Origin: a phage | Sequence record: PX104378.1 | Reading direction: 5' to 3' (one strand) | Length of the DNA stretch: 64,000 bases | Shown here: positions 21,330 to 31,580 of the stretch, piece by piece | Numbering within the stretch: the stretch's first letter is position 1 | Layout: the number at the start of each line of letters is the position of its first letter | Program-made: the position numbers and the translations under genes | Notes under the pieces: generated by a model | What the model saw: only the letters and a program-made list of their open reading frames with translations | The model's database searches: none | What the model was told of the DNA's origin: nothing

Positions 21330-21337
21330 TATAAATA
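21330..21337 (+). promoter_or_regulatory. Late promoter (TATAAATA) for uvsW
   Basis: Exact TATAAATA about 35 bp upstream of uvsW ATG. Confidence 0.55.
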
Positions 21338-21373
21338 TTTGTATACTGTATTTATTGAGTGAGGCTATTCGCT

Positions 21374-22876
21374 ATGCAAGATATTAAAATTCACTTTCTG
21401 AACTACTCCCATGTTCAAATTGAATGTAGCGATTCAATTTTATTAGAAATGCGAGATTATTTTAGTTTTGAAGTCGAGGGAGCGCGGTTTCAAAAGCGAG
21501 TAAAATACGGCGGCTGGGATGGGCGTATTCGTCTTTTAGATTACAATGGAAAGTTGCCAATCGGCCTAACTAAAACCGTGGGAATCTTCGCTAAAAATAT
21601 GGGCTATAGCGTATGGGTAGACCCTCGCTTATTCGAAAAAGAACAAGTTACAGAAGAAGAAATTACAAAATGGTGTAATGATCTGGAATTATATTCCGGT
21701 GCTAACAGGATCACCCCGCATTGGTATCAATCAAAGGCTGTCTTTGAAGGTATTCATCATAAACGCCGTATGTTAGTTTTGCCTACGTCCGCTGGTAAAT
21801 CTGCGATTGCTTGTATGTTGTCTCGTTGGTACTTAGAGAACTACGAAGGGAAAGTGCTGATCATCGTTCCTACCACGTCGCTAGTGCTGCAAATGCGTGA
21901 TGATTTTGTTGATTATCGCCAGTTTCCTTATGAAGCAATTCATACTATCATGAGCGGTACTAGTAAACACGTAGGTGATCGCCTGATCGTTGTTAGTACG
22001 TGGCAATCGGCATGTAAACAGCCTCGTGAGTGGTTCCAACAATTCGGGATGGTTATTGTTGACGAATGTCACAAGGCCACTGCTAAAAACCTGCTAAACA
22101 TCGTTACTGACATGGATCATTGCCAATTTAAGATCGGCATGACTGGTTCCCCTCGTGACGGGAAAGCTAACATGATGCAGTATGTCGGGCTTTTCGGTGA
22201 TATTTCTAAGATCGTGAGTATTGACCGCCTGATGGAAGAAGGGCAGGTGACAAAACTGAAAATTAACTGTCTTTTCCTTCGTTATACCGATGAGGAATGT
22301 AGCGCGGTTAAGGGGCGAGAATATGCGGAAGAGATCAAGTATATTACATCTAACCCACGACGAAATAAGTTTGCTTGTAATTTGGCGCTAAAACTCGCTA
22401 AGAAGGGCGAAAACGTATTCCTTATGTTCCGCAATACTAAGCACGGAAAACTTATGTATGACGCGTTACAGAAGGTACACGACAAGGTTTATTATATTGA
22501 CGGTGGAGTTAAGACAGAAGAACGTGATGAATTTAAGAAAATGGCGGAGGGTGACACCGGGATCATTTGTGTTGCGTCTTATGGTGTGTTCTCTACTGGT
22601 GTTTCAATTAAGAATTTGCATCATGTTATTTTCGGTCATCCAGTGAAGGAATCAACTATCGTTCGTCAGAGTATCGGTCGTGCATTGCGTAAACATGGTT
22701 CTAAAGACATTGCAACGGTCTGGGATCTTATCGATCATTTGGCGGTTAAGACAAAGAGCAAGAATGCTAAGAAACAGTTTAGCCACCTTAATTATGCTCT
22801 TAAACATGCCCTTGAAAGAATAAAAATTTACAACACCGATCGCTTCGAATATGTAACGAAAACTATCGAGATTTAA
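21374..22876 (+). CDS. uvsW: UvsW helicase (SF2)
   Basis: Start trimmed to ATG (MQDIKIHF); near-colinear with T4 UvsW as recalled (GRIRLLDYNGKLP, LPTSAGKS, VDECH, GKANMMQYVG, KIYNTDRFEYVTKTI). Confidence 0.95.
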   Translation: MQDIKIHFLNYSHVQIECSDSILLEMRDYFSFEVEGARFQKRVKYGGWDGRIRLLDYNGKLPIGLTKTVGIFAKNMGYSVWVDPRLFEKEQVTEEEITKWCNDLELYSGANRITPHWYQSKAVFEGIHHKRRMLVLPTSAGKSAIACMLSRWYLENYEGKVLIIVPTTSLVLQMRDDFVDYRQFPYEAIHTIMSGTSKHVGDRLIVVSTWQSACKQPREWFQQFGMVIVDECHKATAKNLLNIVTDMDHCQFKIGMTGSPRDGKANMMQYVGLFGDISKIVSIDRLMEEGQVTKLKINCLFLRYTDEECSAVKGREYAEEIKYITSNPRRNKFACNLALKLAKKGENVFLMFRNTKHGKLMYDALQKVHDKVYYIDGGVKTEERDEFKKMAEGDTGIICVASYGVFSTGVSIKNLHHVIFGHPVKESTIVRQSIGRALRKHGSKDIATVWDLIDHLAVKTKSKNAKKQFSHLNYALKHALERIKIYNTDRFEYVTKTIEI

Positions 22877-22882
22877 TAAATA

Positions 22883-22905
22883 GGGGCTTTAATGCCCCTT
22901 TATTC
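22883..22905 (+). terminator. Putative terminator after uvsW
   Basis: AGGGGC-TTTAAT-GCCCCT hairpin followed by TTATTC. Confidence 0.5.
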
Positions 22906-22919
22906 TACGGAGATTAAAA

Positions 22920-23156
22920 ATGATTAGCTTTAAACGTTTTTTGGTTGAGGCCGCTATTGACGGTTTTATGAGTAAGATTTATTCTTGTAATACTATCGAG
23001 GGATTAAATGAACTTGAGGCATATTATGAGAAGCGCAAGAAAGAAACAGAATTGAAACCTGCTGATGATATTTCGATCCGTGATGCTATCGCTGGACGCC
23101 GTAAGCAATTGGAAGCGGACAACGAGCCAGAAGAGGAGCCGGAAGAGGATTTTTAA
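22920..23156 (+). CDS. uvsW.1: UvsW.1-like small protein
   Basis: 78 aa immediately after uvsW as in T4. Confidence 0.7.
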   Translation: MISFKRFLVEAAIDGFMSKIYSCNTIEGLNELEAYYEKRKKETELKPADDISIRDAIAGRRKQLEADNEPEEEPEEDF

Positions 23157-23160
23157 GATA

Positions 23161-23186
23161 TAAAAAAGCCCCATCAATGATGGGGC
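23161..23186 (-). terminator. Intrinsic terminator after uvsY operon
   Basis: Minus-strand hairpin GCCCCATC-ATTGA-TGGGGC followed by TTTTTT. Confidence 0.6.
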
Positions 23187-23219
23187 AAAATAAACCAATT
23201 AAAATCGGTTATCAACAAA

Positions 23220-23396
23220 TTACATTAACAGCATTGTTTGCTCTACGAGTTGTTCTTGTTCTTCGCCGTTCGCATCTTCACTAATCGAACGTTCTGTTAC
23301 TAGCTGTAAGCAGTAGCCAGTGTGAACAACGCCGTTTTCTGTCTGGACGGCTAACGCATCCTCGACAGGTTGTTTACAACAAATACAGATTTTCAT
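23220..23396 (-). CDS. Small Cys-containing protein (58 aa), not in ORF table; position of T4 uvsY.-1/.-2
   Basis: ATG with SD AGGAGG; MKICICCKQPVEDALAVQTENGVVHTGYC...; terminator downstream. Confidence 0.55.
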   Translation of the reverse strand: MKICICCKQPVEDALAVQTENGVVHTGYCLQLVTERSISEDANGEEQEQLVEQTMLLM

Positions 23397-23416
23397 AAAA
23401 TTCCTCCTGCATGTAT

Positions 23417-23824
23417 TTAGCGACCAGATTCCAGCATACGCAATTCTATAGCATTCTTGATCGCAAATCCACGAGATTTAACGATATCAAGTGCGCGACC
23501 AGCGAAATCCATTACCATCTGGTAATATGCAATTTTCGTATCAAGTGGCAAGATCTCGTCGTCTGCTGCCATGACAACTTTCAATTCTGATTTCTCATAT
23601 TCAGCGCGACACCAGTCATCACTACGGTTAGTGTAAAAGTCAAGACGATTTTTCATAGCCTTTTTCTTTTTAGCCTCAAGAGCAATCGTCTCTCTTTTCG
23701 CCTCGCTGTAAATCCTTAACCACTTTGAGTATACTACCGGATTATTCAGCGCCTCCCATTGCAACTTAGTCGCATCGATCTTCATGTCAGCTTCTAATTG
23801 TTCTTTCAAATCGTTTAGGTCCAT
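23417..23824 (-). CDS. uvsY: UvsY recombination mediator
   Basis: 135 aa; colinear with T4 UvsY as recalled (KLQWEA.NN...YSKWL; KSRGFAIK). Confidence 0.93.
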   Translation of the reverse strand: MDLNDLKEQLEADMKIDATKLQWEALNNPVVYSKWLRIYSEAKRETIALEAKKKKAMKNRLDFYTNRSDDWCRAEYEKSELKVVMAADDEILPLDTKIAYYQMVMDFAGRALDIVKSRGFAIKNAIELRMLESGR

Positions 23825-23871
23825 AATATCCCCTTATTCACACTAAGACCTATATCATATCACACACAAAA

Positions 23872-24258
23872 TCACTTTGCAAGTCTTATGCGTAGTTGTT
23901 CAAGATCATCTGGGTTATCTATTACTGAAAAGTAGATTGATACTATGATTGAATTATCGTCGTACTGCGGAGTTACTTCTACTGTCAGGTTTCGGACCCG
24001 TGGTTCATAGTTTCGGATCGCCTCATTGATGTTTTTTGATAAGGTATCCACCGTCAGTGGGTTCATGTTCTCAAACAGTGATTTATTGAGATCACATCCA
24101 AACAGTGGATCAAATGGACGAGATCCCTTGCGAGTAGTAACGATCAGTAGAATAGAATCCTTAACCGCTTTAATCCCTATGTTCTTTTTAACGTCGTTAT
24201 TCCACGATCTGGATATATTGAGATCCAAATCAGTATACATCTGATTAATAGTTGCCAT
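23872..24258 (-). CDS. 25: Baseplate wedge protein gp25-like
   Basis: Start trimmed to ATG (MATINQ; table start is TTG); TTRKGSRPFDP.FGCDL matches T4 gp25 as recalled. Confidence 0.92.
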   Translation of the reverse strand: MATINQMYTDLDLNISRSWNNDVKKNIGIKAVKDSILLIVTTRKGSRPFDPLFGCDLNKSLFENMNPLTVDTLSKNINEAIRNYEPRVRNLTVEVTPQYDDNSIIVSIYFSVIDNPDDLEQLRIRLAK

Positions 24259-24266
24259 GTTATACC

Positions 24267-24896
24267 TCAAAGAATTTTAAGGAAACTGGATAGACCTGAT
24301 AATGAATATACACCAGATTCCCCGCATTCGCACTTGATCGGTACTGCCAGTGTGATTTGATTTCTTGTTAGCTCGTCGATCACTTCTTCCACTTTATCCG
24401 TGGTAAGCATATCCAGCACGCGGTCAAAGTCCTGTGCGTTCAGGTCGTCTATATTGAATTGCTGATCGCCGATCACGATATATTCGATACATGCAATTAC
24501 CATCTGCATAATATCAACATCTTCTGTAAATTTAGGTTGACGAAACTTGATTTTTACTTGTCCTAAGTCCAGAATATACGGTTCAACTTCTGGTATCTGT
24601 GTGCGTGAAACATCAAGAGAATATACTTTCTCTTTATTGCATACACCACATACCCAAGTAGCATCAATTTTCATCTTATTGAGGCTGTGACACCATAAGA
24701 GAAGAAAAATATATTCTGCTTCACATTTCTCTAGCTCTAATGCATTGATCCCCGTACATTCATGTATGATCTCTATAACAACCTCTGACAGCTTGCCAGT
24801 CTCTTTTGCTGCTACCAGTTTTTGAAATTCGCCGAAGGTGAAAGCACGGGCGTGTATCAACTTTTCGCCTAATTGGATCTTGAAAAAGTATTGCAT
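24267..24896 (-). CDS. 26: Baseplate hub protein gp26-like
   Basis: 209 aa vs T4 gp26 208 aa; position between gp25 and gp51. Confidence 0.8.
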   Translation of the reverse strand: MQYFFKIQLGEKLIHARAFTFGEFQKLVAAKETGKLSEVVIEIIHECTGINALELEKCEAEYIFLLLWCHSLNKMKIDATWVCGVCNKEKVYSLDVSRTQIPEVEPYILDLGQVKIKFRQPKFTEDVDIMQMVIACIEYIVIGDQQFNIDDLNAQDFDRVLDMLTTDKVEEVIDELTRNQITLAVPIKCECGESGVYSLSGLSSFLKIL

Positions 24897-24938
24897 AATA
24901 AAACACCCTTTATAAACACATAGAATTATTTAGTATTT

Positions 24939-24946
24939 TATAAATA
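24939..24946 (+). promoter_or_regulatory. Late promoter (TATAAATA) for gp51
   Basis: Exact TATAAATA about 22 bp upstream of gp51 ATG. Confidence 0.55.
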
Positions 24947-24967
24947 CCCGAAAGGGGGGATTATACC

Positions 24968-25738
24968 ATGAATATTATCCGAATAAAACTGCCGGAAGGT
25001 GTGCAGAGATTTAAACCATTCACGGTAAAAGATTATAGAGATTTCCTTCTGGTGTCAACTGAAATTAAGATGAATCCAGAAGAAGAACAAACTATCCTGG
25101 ATGAGCTACTAGAAGAAATATATCCAGATGTAGACCCTGCATTTCGTGAATACATTTTCCTGAACGTTTTTACTAGCTCAATTGGTAAAACTAAGATACC
25201 ACTTTGCTTTACTTGTCCGACTTGCAACAAAGAAAGAAAAATGTTGCTCAACTTACAGGTCGAAGCACTAAAACCAATCGTTCTGGAGGCCGCAGGGCTT
25301 AAAATAACTTTCCGGTATGTTAAACCATCAACCGACTATGCAAAAACGTTTCTGGATGCGATAGAGCGTGTATCTGATGGTATTAATGATTATCTATGGA
25401 CTGAATTACCGGAAGAAGTTAGAGAACAGGTTATCGATTCAATCTCATTTGCTGAATTTGAAGAAGTTGTTAAGCAGATGCACACGATCAAGATCGAACA
25501 AAAGATATCTTGTTGTGAAAGTCATGACCTGAAATACATAGGTCTTCTTCCATTATTCAAATTGTTGTTGAATCCAGATGAGTTATTCATCTTTTATCGA
25601 ATAAACCATCTATTGGCAAAATCAAATTATTCTATCAGTGATCTTATGGATATGTTACCCGTCGAGAGAAACATTGCACTGACACTGGTCGAGAAAGACG
25701 TAAAAGAGGCAAACAATGCAAAGAACGGGGTTTCCTAA
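24968..25738 (+). CDS. 51: Baseplate hub assembly protein gp51-like
   Basis: 256 aa; divergent from gp26 as in T4; TATAAATA upstream. Confidence 0.8.
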   Translation: MNIIRIKLPEGVQRFKPFTVKDYRDFLLVSTEIKMNPEEEQTILDELLEEIYPDVDPAFREYIFLNVFTSSIGKTKIPLCFTCPTCNKERKMLLNLQVEALKPIVLEAAGLKITFRYVKPSTDYAKTFLDAIERVSDGINDYLWTELPEEVREQVIDSISFAEFEEVVKQMHTIKIEQKISCCESHDLKYIGLLPLFKLLLNPDELFIFYRINHLLAKSNYSISDLMDMLPVERNIALTLVEKDVKEANNAKNGVS

Positions 25739-26825
25739 TGTCTCAATAAAACTTTATCAGGATTATGAGGCATTTCTAAATCATCGCTTTATAGAATTGG
25801 GTGCTACCTTTGTTACAATGACTCTGCGTGATTCGATTCGTGGGGTGAACGAAGGATTGTTGCAATTCTATGATAATAAGGCGATGCATACAAAATTAAA
25901 CGGGAGAGAGATCATTCAGATTTCGCTATCCACTGCTAATACAGATGAAGTGTTTAACCGAATCTATGGGATCTCTCATAGTAATGTAACAATTGACCAA
26001 AAATCCGACAACATTTTAACATTCCAGTTAAAGAGCTATCACGAAACACTAAACCTTAAATTTTCTCGCTCATTAACAAATAACGCTGTTAATAACGTAA
26101 CTAGCATGATTGATGCCATCTATAAGGAAGTTCCTTTATGGAAACCTAGTATAAAGGGTGATAACGTTGTTATTCCTCGTTGTCCGTGGGTTAGTACCAT
26201 AAATGACTATATGGATTTTGTGAGGGCATACGGGCAAAGCGTAGAAACCGAGTCTTTCGTGTATTGCTGGGAAGATTTTGATGGTATAACGATCGCTGGA
26301 CACGATACAATATTAAAAAATGAGCCAATACCAGCTATAATCTGTGAGCCTAGACTCATGGGGCAATTTATTGATATGTCGCCTAATCTGATGGTTTTTA
26401 ATTTCGAGTGGCAGACTAAGAGCAATGCTAAAGTTAAAAATTCATTTAGCAATGTGACATACACAGCTATTGATTTTGTTACTAAGCAGTATAATAAAAT
26501 TGTTGTTGGTAATGGGGATAATATTGCACACTTTGCTCATGGTGGCGCTTACGGCGATTTAACTTATAAGAATGCGTTTTTGGAAGGTTCTAAACTTGCC
26601 ACAATAGAACAATATGATTCGTATGCTACCGCCGTGTGTCACGGTAATTTTTCGTTGCGCCCGGGTATGGTTATTCGATTCTTTGATGAGAAACAACAAG
26701 CACGCAATGATTTTATTGTTGACGAAGTTGTGCATGAAATTAGCCGAGAGCAATCATTAACTCACCTGTATATGATCGGTAACAGCGAAGAATTACAGGA
26801 AGTCAAATTTGAAGGTAAGATATAA
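25716..26825 (+). CDS. 27: Baseplate hub protein gp27-like
   Basis: 369 aa; N-terminus MQRTGFPNVSIKL and long blocks match T4 gp27 as recalled. Confidence 0.92.
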   Translation: MQRTGFPNVSIKLYQDYEAFLNHRFIELGATFVTMTLRDSIRGVNEGLLQFYDNKAMHTKLNGREIIQISLSTANTDEVFNRIYGISHSNVTIDQKSDNILTFQLKSYHETLNLKFSRSLTNNAVNNVTSMIDAIYKEVPLWKPSIKGDNVVIPRCPWVSTINDYMDFVRAYGQSVETESFVYCWEDFDGITIAGHDTILKNEPIPAIICEPRLMGQFIDMSPNLMVFNFEWQTKSNAKVKNSFSNVTYTAIDFVTKQYNKIVVGNGDNIAHFAHGGAYGDLTYKNAFLEGSKLATIEQYDSYATAVCHGNFSLRPGMVIRFFDEKQQARNDFIVDEVVHEISREQSLTHLYMIGNSEELQEVKFEGKI

Positions 26826-27343
26826 TGACAGAAACTAAACCTATGTTAAAATTTGTTGTTCCTGTAAAAAAATTAGAGATAAACGGGAAACATATCAAGA
26901 TCCCAAAAATGGGGATTAAGCAACATCGATTATTAAAAGATGTTCGTAGCTGTGATGAAACATTAAAGATTCTTCTTGATTCAATCTGTCCTGGGTTAAA
27001 CGCTGCCGAGTCTGAATTGGTTATGCTTAACCTTTGTGCGTTTAATGGTAAGTGTCTGGAAGAAAAAGATGGTCTTAAGCTGTCTGATGTGTATATTTGT
27101 ACAGAGACGGAATTTACTTTAAATGGTAAAGTCTTTAAATTTAAAAATCCAATGTATACTTCTGACCCCATTATCGATGACGCTGATTTCTTGAGTCATC
27201 ATTATCACGATCCTAGTGTAGACTTCCATGATTTCCCAGCTTTTATTATGGATTGGGCTACAGGATTAAGAAAAACTATTGCACTGGATACACCGGAAGG
27301 TACTATCTATGGTGGAATTAACATATTGGATCGCCTATCATGA
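26825..27343 (+). CDS. 28: Baseplate hub distal subunit gp28-like
   Basis: 172 aa vs T4 177 aa; ATGA start-stop coupling with gp27. Confidence 0.8.
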   Translation: MTETKPMLKFVVPVKKLEINGKHIKIPKMGIKQHRLLKDVRSCDETLKILLDSICPGLNAAESELVMLNLCAFNGKCLEEKDGLKLSDVYICTETEFTLNGKVFKFKNPMYTSDPIIDDADFLSHHYHDPSVDFHDFPAFIMDWATGLRKTIALDTPEGTIYGGINILDRLS

Positions 27344-29073
27344 ATGACGCATTAACATCATTTCGCGGGATGCGCAAGGAAGCGGAAGAAAACCCGATTG
27401 ATAAACTTAACAAATTAGATAAACTTGATTCTATTGATAATTTGCAAGCCGCTACCGAATTGGTGGCGGAGACAGTAGAACAAAAATCTAATGAAGTTGT
27501 TGGTGCGGTAGAGGATAACACCGCAGCCAATGAATTGACGGCAGAGAATACCCAATCTACCGCGGGCAATACCCAAAAAACTTATGAAGAATTGCAAAAA
27601 CTCAATAATTTCTCTTCTCAGATGAATGAGAAATTACGTGGTTTTGGTGTTATGATGGAACGTAGATTTGGTGTTGTCAGTAAAATGGCTAGCGGTATTG
27701 GTGCGATTGAAGAAGCACTGAAAAAACCGGAACAACCGCAAACAATGCCATCACCTCAGCCAGTTTTGCCTACTGTACCGGAACAGCCTAATAATGACAA
27801 CTATCAAGGTCTTCCAAAGAAAAAACCAGATGTTGAGGAACGGAAGAAAAAGAATGCCGCAGATAAGCGCAATGCGGATTCTATGGAAAATCTTCTTAAA
27901 GTTGTTCGTGGAGGATTTAAAGAAACCATAGGTATCTCTAATAAGGTCTTAGGGATGTTATTTAAGATCACCTTGACCGCTATGGCAGAAGCTGCAAAAT
28001 GGGGCGCTATTTTGATGGGTATTGTTTTTGCCATCGACACCCTTATGATTCATTTCAGATATTGGAGTGATTTATTCGAAACAAAATTCGATGAATTTAT
28101 GGATAAGGCCGGAGAATGGGCTGGACCAATTAGTGATATTCTAACAACTATTCGTCAAGTTCGAGATTATTGGTCTAAAGGTGAATATGGAGAATTAATT
28201 AAATCTCTTGTTATGGGTATTGGTGATGCATTCTATAAAACCTTTATACAACTTGATCGAATTATCACTACTGGTATTGCTAAAATTCTTCGCATGATCC
28301 CTGGTATGGGTGATTATGCCGATAAGTTAGAATATGGTGCTTTAAAATCTGCTGTCGCTCAAGGCTATACGCCAAATGAAAGAGAACTCGAATTAATGGA
28401 TAAGGTCGAGTCTGAACACGAAGAGGACAAATACGGGGAGCGTACTGGTTGGACCGGAAAAGCCCGTGATATTGGCGAAGCTATCGGTGATTCTATTAAG
28501 GATAAAGTTAACGAAGGTCTTGTTAGTCTGGGCTGGAGAGATCAAAAGGATGTTGACGCAGAGAAGCGACAAGAAGAATTAAAACGCGGGGAATATGAGT
28601 CTGTTTCTGCTGAACAACGATCTGCTAGTCGTAAACTTAGAATTAAAAGCGAGGGCGCGATCAATAATATTAATGAAGTTATGGAGAACTTGAGCGGTGA
28701 TTATGACAAAGAAAGAATGGGAGAGTTGAAGAAGGATATTGATGTTTACCGTGAGAAAGTTCAAGATCCTACATTAGTTGAAAGTGATCGTTCTCAGTTA
28801 GAGCGTCTTATTGAAAAATTTGATGAGATGTATGCTGATAAAACTAAGGGTGTGGTTCCAGCTAAACCTGTTCCTGCAACTGAAACGGAAACAGCAAAAC
28901 AAGCGGACCGTACTGAACAAATGCAGAAACAAGCTGCAATCCAGCAACAAACGACAAATCAGACCTCAAACGTAAATAATACACAAATTGTAACAAACAA
29001 TAGAACTATTAAACAGGGTGCACCAACAACTAGAATTGATGCCCCCGGTACAATTAATATGGGGAACTTTTAA
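27340..29073 (+). CDS. 29: Tail tube tape measure/baseplate hub protein gp29-like
   Basis: 577 aa vs T4 590 aa; position. Confidence 0.8.
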   Translation: MNDALTSFRGMRKEAEENPIDKLNKLDKLDSIDNLQAATELVAETVEQKSNEVVGAVEDNTAANELTAENTQSTAGNTQKTYEELQKLNNFSSQMNEKLRGFGVMMERRFGVVSKMASGIGAIEEALKKPEQPQTMPSPQPVLPTVPEQPNNDNYQGLPKKKPDVEERKKKNAADKRNADSMENLLKVVRGGFKETIGISNKVLGMLFKITLTAMAEAAKWGAILMGIVFAIDTLMIHFRYWSDLFETKFDEFMDKAGEWAGPISDILTTIRQVRDYWSKGEYGELIKSLVMGIGDAFYKTFIQLDRIITTGIAKILRMIPGMGDYADKLEYGALKSAVAQGYTPNERELELMDKVESEHEEDKYGERTGWTGKARDIGEAIGDSIKDKVNEGLVSLGWRDQKDVDAEKRQEELKRGEYESVSAEQRSASRKLRIKSEGAINNINEVMENLSGDYDKERMGELKKDIDVYREKVQDPTLVESDRSQLERLIEKFDEMYADKTKGVVPAKPVPATETETAKQADRTEQMQKQAAIQQQTTNQTSNVNNTQIVTNNRTIKQGAPTTRIDAPGTINMGNF

Positions 29074-30131
29074 TGAAAATTAGTGTTATCAATGATGCCG
29101 TTGATAGCTTTAAAGCGGGGGTTAAAACCTCCGCTGGTTTTACCTCAAAAAATAAAGGGAAAACATTAACCGCTCAATTCCCCGCTGAACGTGCTAGCGG
29201 TAATGATGCTAGCGGTTATTATATCAACGACTTATATAATAATGGTCTGTTATTCACTGCATACGATTACACATCTCGTACTACTGGATCGCTGCGTGAT
29301 TTCAGGAAAAAGAAAAATGTTGCTAGCGGTTTTGGTGGTAGTGTTAATATCGCTGGTTTTGATTTAAATTTGGGAGGGAGAAATGCTGCATTTGACCGCG
29401 AGGCAATTGCTAATATTCTTCTTCCTCGTAGTCAATCTGACGTTGACGCTGCTAGCCATAAGTTTAATGATGTTGGTGAATCTGTTATTTCTCGCGGCGG
29501 TGGTACTTTAGGCGGTGCTCTTTCTAATATGGCATCTACTGCCGTTTTTGGTGGTATCGAAAGTATTACTGGTGGATACCTTGCCGATCACGGTGAACAG
29601 ATTTATAATACTGCAAGAAGCATGTATGCTGGTGCTGACTCACGAACTAAAAACTACGTATGGCATCTAACCCCACGTAGTATTGAAGACCTTCGTAATA
29701 TTCTGATCATATACGAAACGTTTTTAGAATTGTCTTATGGTTCTAGTGGTATTTCCAGCACCGCAAAAGAATTAAAAGCGGAAGTTGATGCGTGGTATAA
29801 AAATACACTATTGAGAAAATCCACCCCAGAGGAAGCGAAGAGAAATGATACTCTGTTTGAAGGGATCACCGATTTTCTATCAAACGTAATTACTGTATCT
29901 AACCCGACAATATGGATGATCTCTAACTTCGGCAAGCGTACATCGTTTGAAGGGCGTAGCGATGCATTTGGTCCCGCTCAGATCTCAAGTGTACGTCTGG
30001 ACAAGTCGCCGGATGGTAAGTTTAATGGCCTTGCTATTTCTCCTAACTTGCCTAGTACATTTGTTCTGGAAGTATCATTTAGAGAGATCTTGACACTTTC
30101 CCGTGGTACTATATTTGGGAGTGCGGCATAA
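29073..30131 (+). CDS. 48: Baseplate tail tube cap gp48-like
   Basis: 352 aa vs T4 364 aa; coupled to gp29 and gp54. Confidence 0.8.
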   Translation: MKISVINDAVDSFKAGVKTSAGFTSKNKGKTLTAQFPAERASGNDASGYYINDLYNNGLLFTAYDYTSRTTGSLRDFRKKKNVASGFGGSVNIAGFDLNLGGRNAAFDREAIANILLPRSQSDVDAASHKFNDVGESVISRGGGTLGGALSNMASTAVFGGIESITGGYLADHGEQIYNTARSMYAGADSRTKNYVWHLTPRSIEDLRNILIIYETFLELSYGSSGISSTAKELKAEVDAWYKNTLLRKSTPEEAKRNDTLFEGITDFLSNVITVSNPTIWMISNFGKRTSFEGRSDAFGPAQISSVRLDKSPDGKFNGLAISPNLPSTFVLEVSFREILTLSRGTIFGSAA

Positions 30132-31063
30132 TGTTTGATTTAAATGACTTTAACGAACAAGCCGCTAACCTTGACTTTCAGCGATCGAACTTATTCAGCG
30201 TGGCATTTGCCACCACTCCAAGTAATAAGACACAAGCGATCCTAGAAAGTATGGGCGGTGCGGTATATGATATTATACCAAATGCATTAAATGACTATTT
30301 CGGGATTACTCGTGGTGATTATACTGACGCATTAACAAATCTTGCTGTACAGGGTGTTAGGCGTGCTGTTGATTCATCCGGTGTCAAAAAGTATCTTTTA
30401 GGTGCAATGTCATCCCGCGTAGTTCAATCTCTTCTGGGGCAATTTGATGTTGGTACATATGCGCTTGACTGGTTCAATATGGCATATAAGACAAGCGGTC
30501 TTCTGGTGTATGCTGTTAAGGTTCCAGAAAACAGATTGAGTTATGAAATGGACCGTAACCACAATGCGCCAAACATTCGAATTACCGGACGTGATTTTGA
30601 TCCGCTTGTATTGAGCTTTAGAATGGACTCTAGCGCATCAAACTATAGAGCAATGCAGGATTGGGTTAACTCAGTAGAAGACCCTGTTACAGGGCTTCGT
30701 GCGCTTCCTGTTGACGTTGAAGCAGATATTCAGGTTAATTTACATAACCGAATGGGAGTTCCTCACACGATCATGATGTTTAATGGTTGTGTTCCTGTTG
30801 GTGTGAGTGCACCGGAATTAACCTATGAAAATAACAACGAAATCACAACATTCGATGTTACTTTCGCATATCGTTCTATGCAAACTGGTGCTGTAGGAGA
30901 GCAAGCCGCGCGAGAATGGATTGAGGATAAGGCAATAAACGCAATAACAAACACTTTCGGCAATAATTTACTTGATAGTGGGTTATCTGCTGCTGGTAAT
31001 GCTTTATCGCGTCTAAATGGCGTTGGTGGGCGTGTGGTGAATACTGTAACTAACTGGTTCTGA
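30131..31063 (+). CDS. 54: Baseplate tail tube initiator gp54-like
   Basis: 310 aa vs T4 320 aa; terminator follows. Confidence 0.8.
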   Translation: MFDLNDFNEQAANLDFQRSNLFSVAFATTPSNKTQAILESMGGAVYDIIPNALNDYFGITRGDYTDALTNLAVQGVRRAVDSSGVKKYLLGAMSSRVVQSLLGQFDVGTYALDWFNMAYKTSGLLVYAVKVPENRLSYEMDRNHNAPNIRITGRDFDPLVLSFRMDSSASNYRAMQDWVNSVEDPVTGLRALPVDVEADIQVNLHNRMGVPHTIMMFNGCVPVGVSAPELTYENNNEITTFDVTFAYRSMQTGAVGEQAAREWIEDKAINAITNTFGNNLLDSGLSAAGNALSRLNGVGGRVVNTVTNWF

Positions 31064-31068
31064 TAAGC

Positions 31069-31099
31069 GAAAGGCGGGGATTATCCCCGCCTTTTTATT
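31069..31099 (+). terminator. Intrinsic terminator after gp54 (convergent junction)
   Basis: GGCGGGGA-TTAT-CCCCGCC hairpin followed by TTTTTATTTT. Confidence 0.65.
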
Positions 31100-31580
31100 T
31101 TGCTAAATCATTGCAATATTTTAGTGCCTTAGCTTGAAATTCTGCGCTGTTAAGTTCTTCATAACGGGCATAATCACCGTTTAATGCTGCCTTTCTTGCT
31201 TCTTGCTCTATCTGCATGTCAGACATGATAATACACCGATCCCGTGCTTTCATCTTCTCAAGTTGTATAGACTCTTCTTTCTGCTTGCGCAATTCTTCTT
31301 GACGCTTCTTTTCTTCTCGTGCTTTCTCTTCACGCGCTTCTTTGATTGCATCCTTGAACATCTGCGTTTGTGGTGATAAACCAACTTTAACGCGATCCAC
31401 GTCTCGACGTTCCATTTTAGAAATAAAGCACGATTCGATCTGACCATCGCTTGCATATGCTGCTTTACATTCACGAAGCAAGAAAACCGGATCTGATTTA
31501 GCATTCATCATAGCTTCCATGTTAGCACAACCAGTAAGCATGAATGCAGCCGCAAGACCAATCAGTTTAATAATTTTCAT
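31095..31580 (-). CDS. Predicted lipoprotein, charged coiled-coil rich
   Basis: Signal peptide MKIIKLIGLAAAFMLTGC with lipobox LTGC; ATGA overlap with upstream ADP-ribosyltransferase paralog. Confidence 0.65.
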   Translation of the reverse strand: MKIIKLIGLAAAFMLTGCANMEAMMNAKSDPVFLLRECKAAYASDGQIESCFISKMERRDVDRVKVGLSPQTQMFKDAIKEAREEKAREEKKRQEELRKQKEESIQLEKMKARDRCIIMSDMQIEQEARKAALNGDYARYEELNSAEFQAKALKYCNDLAK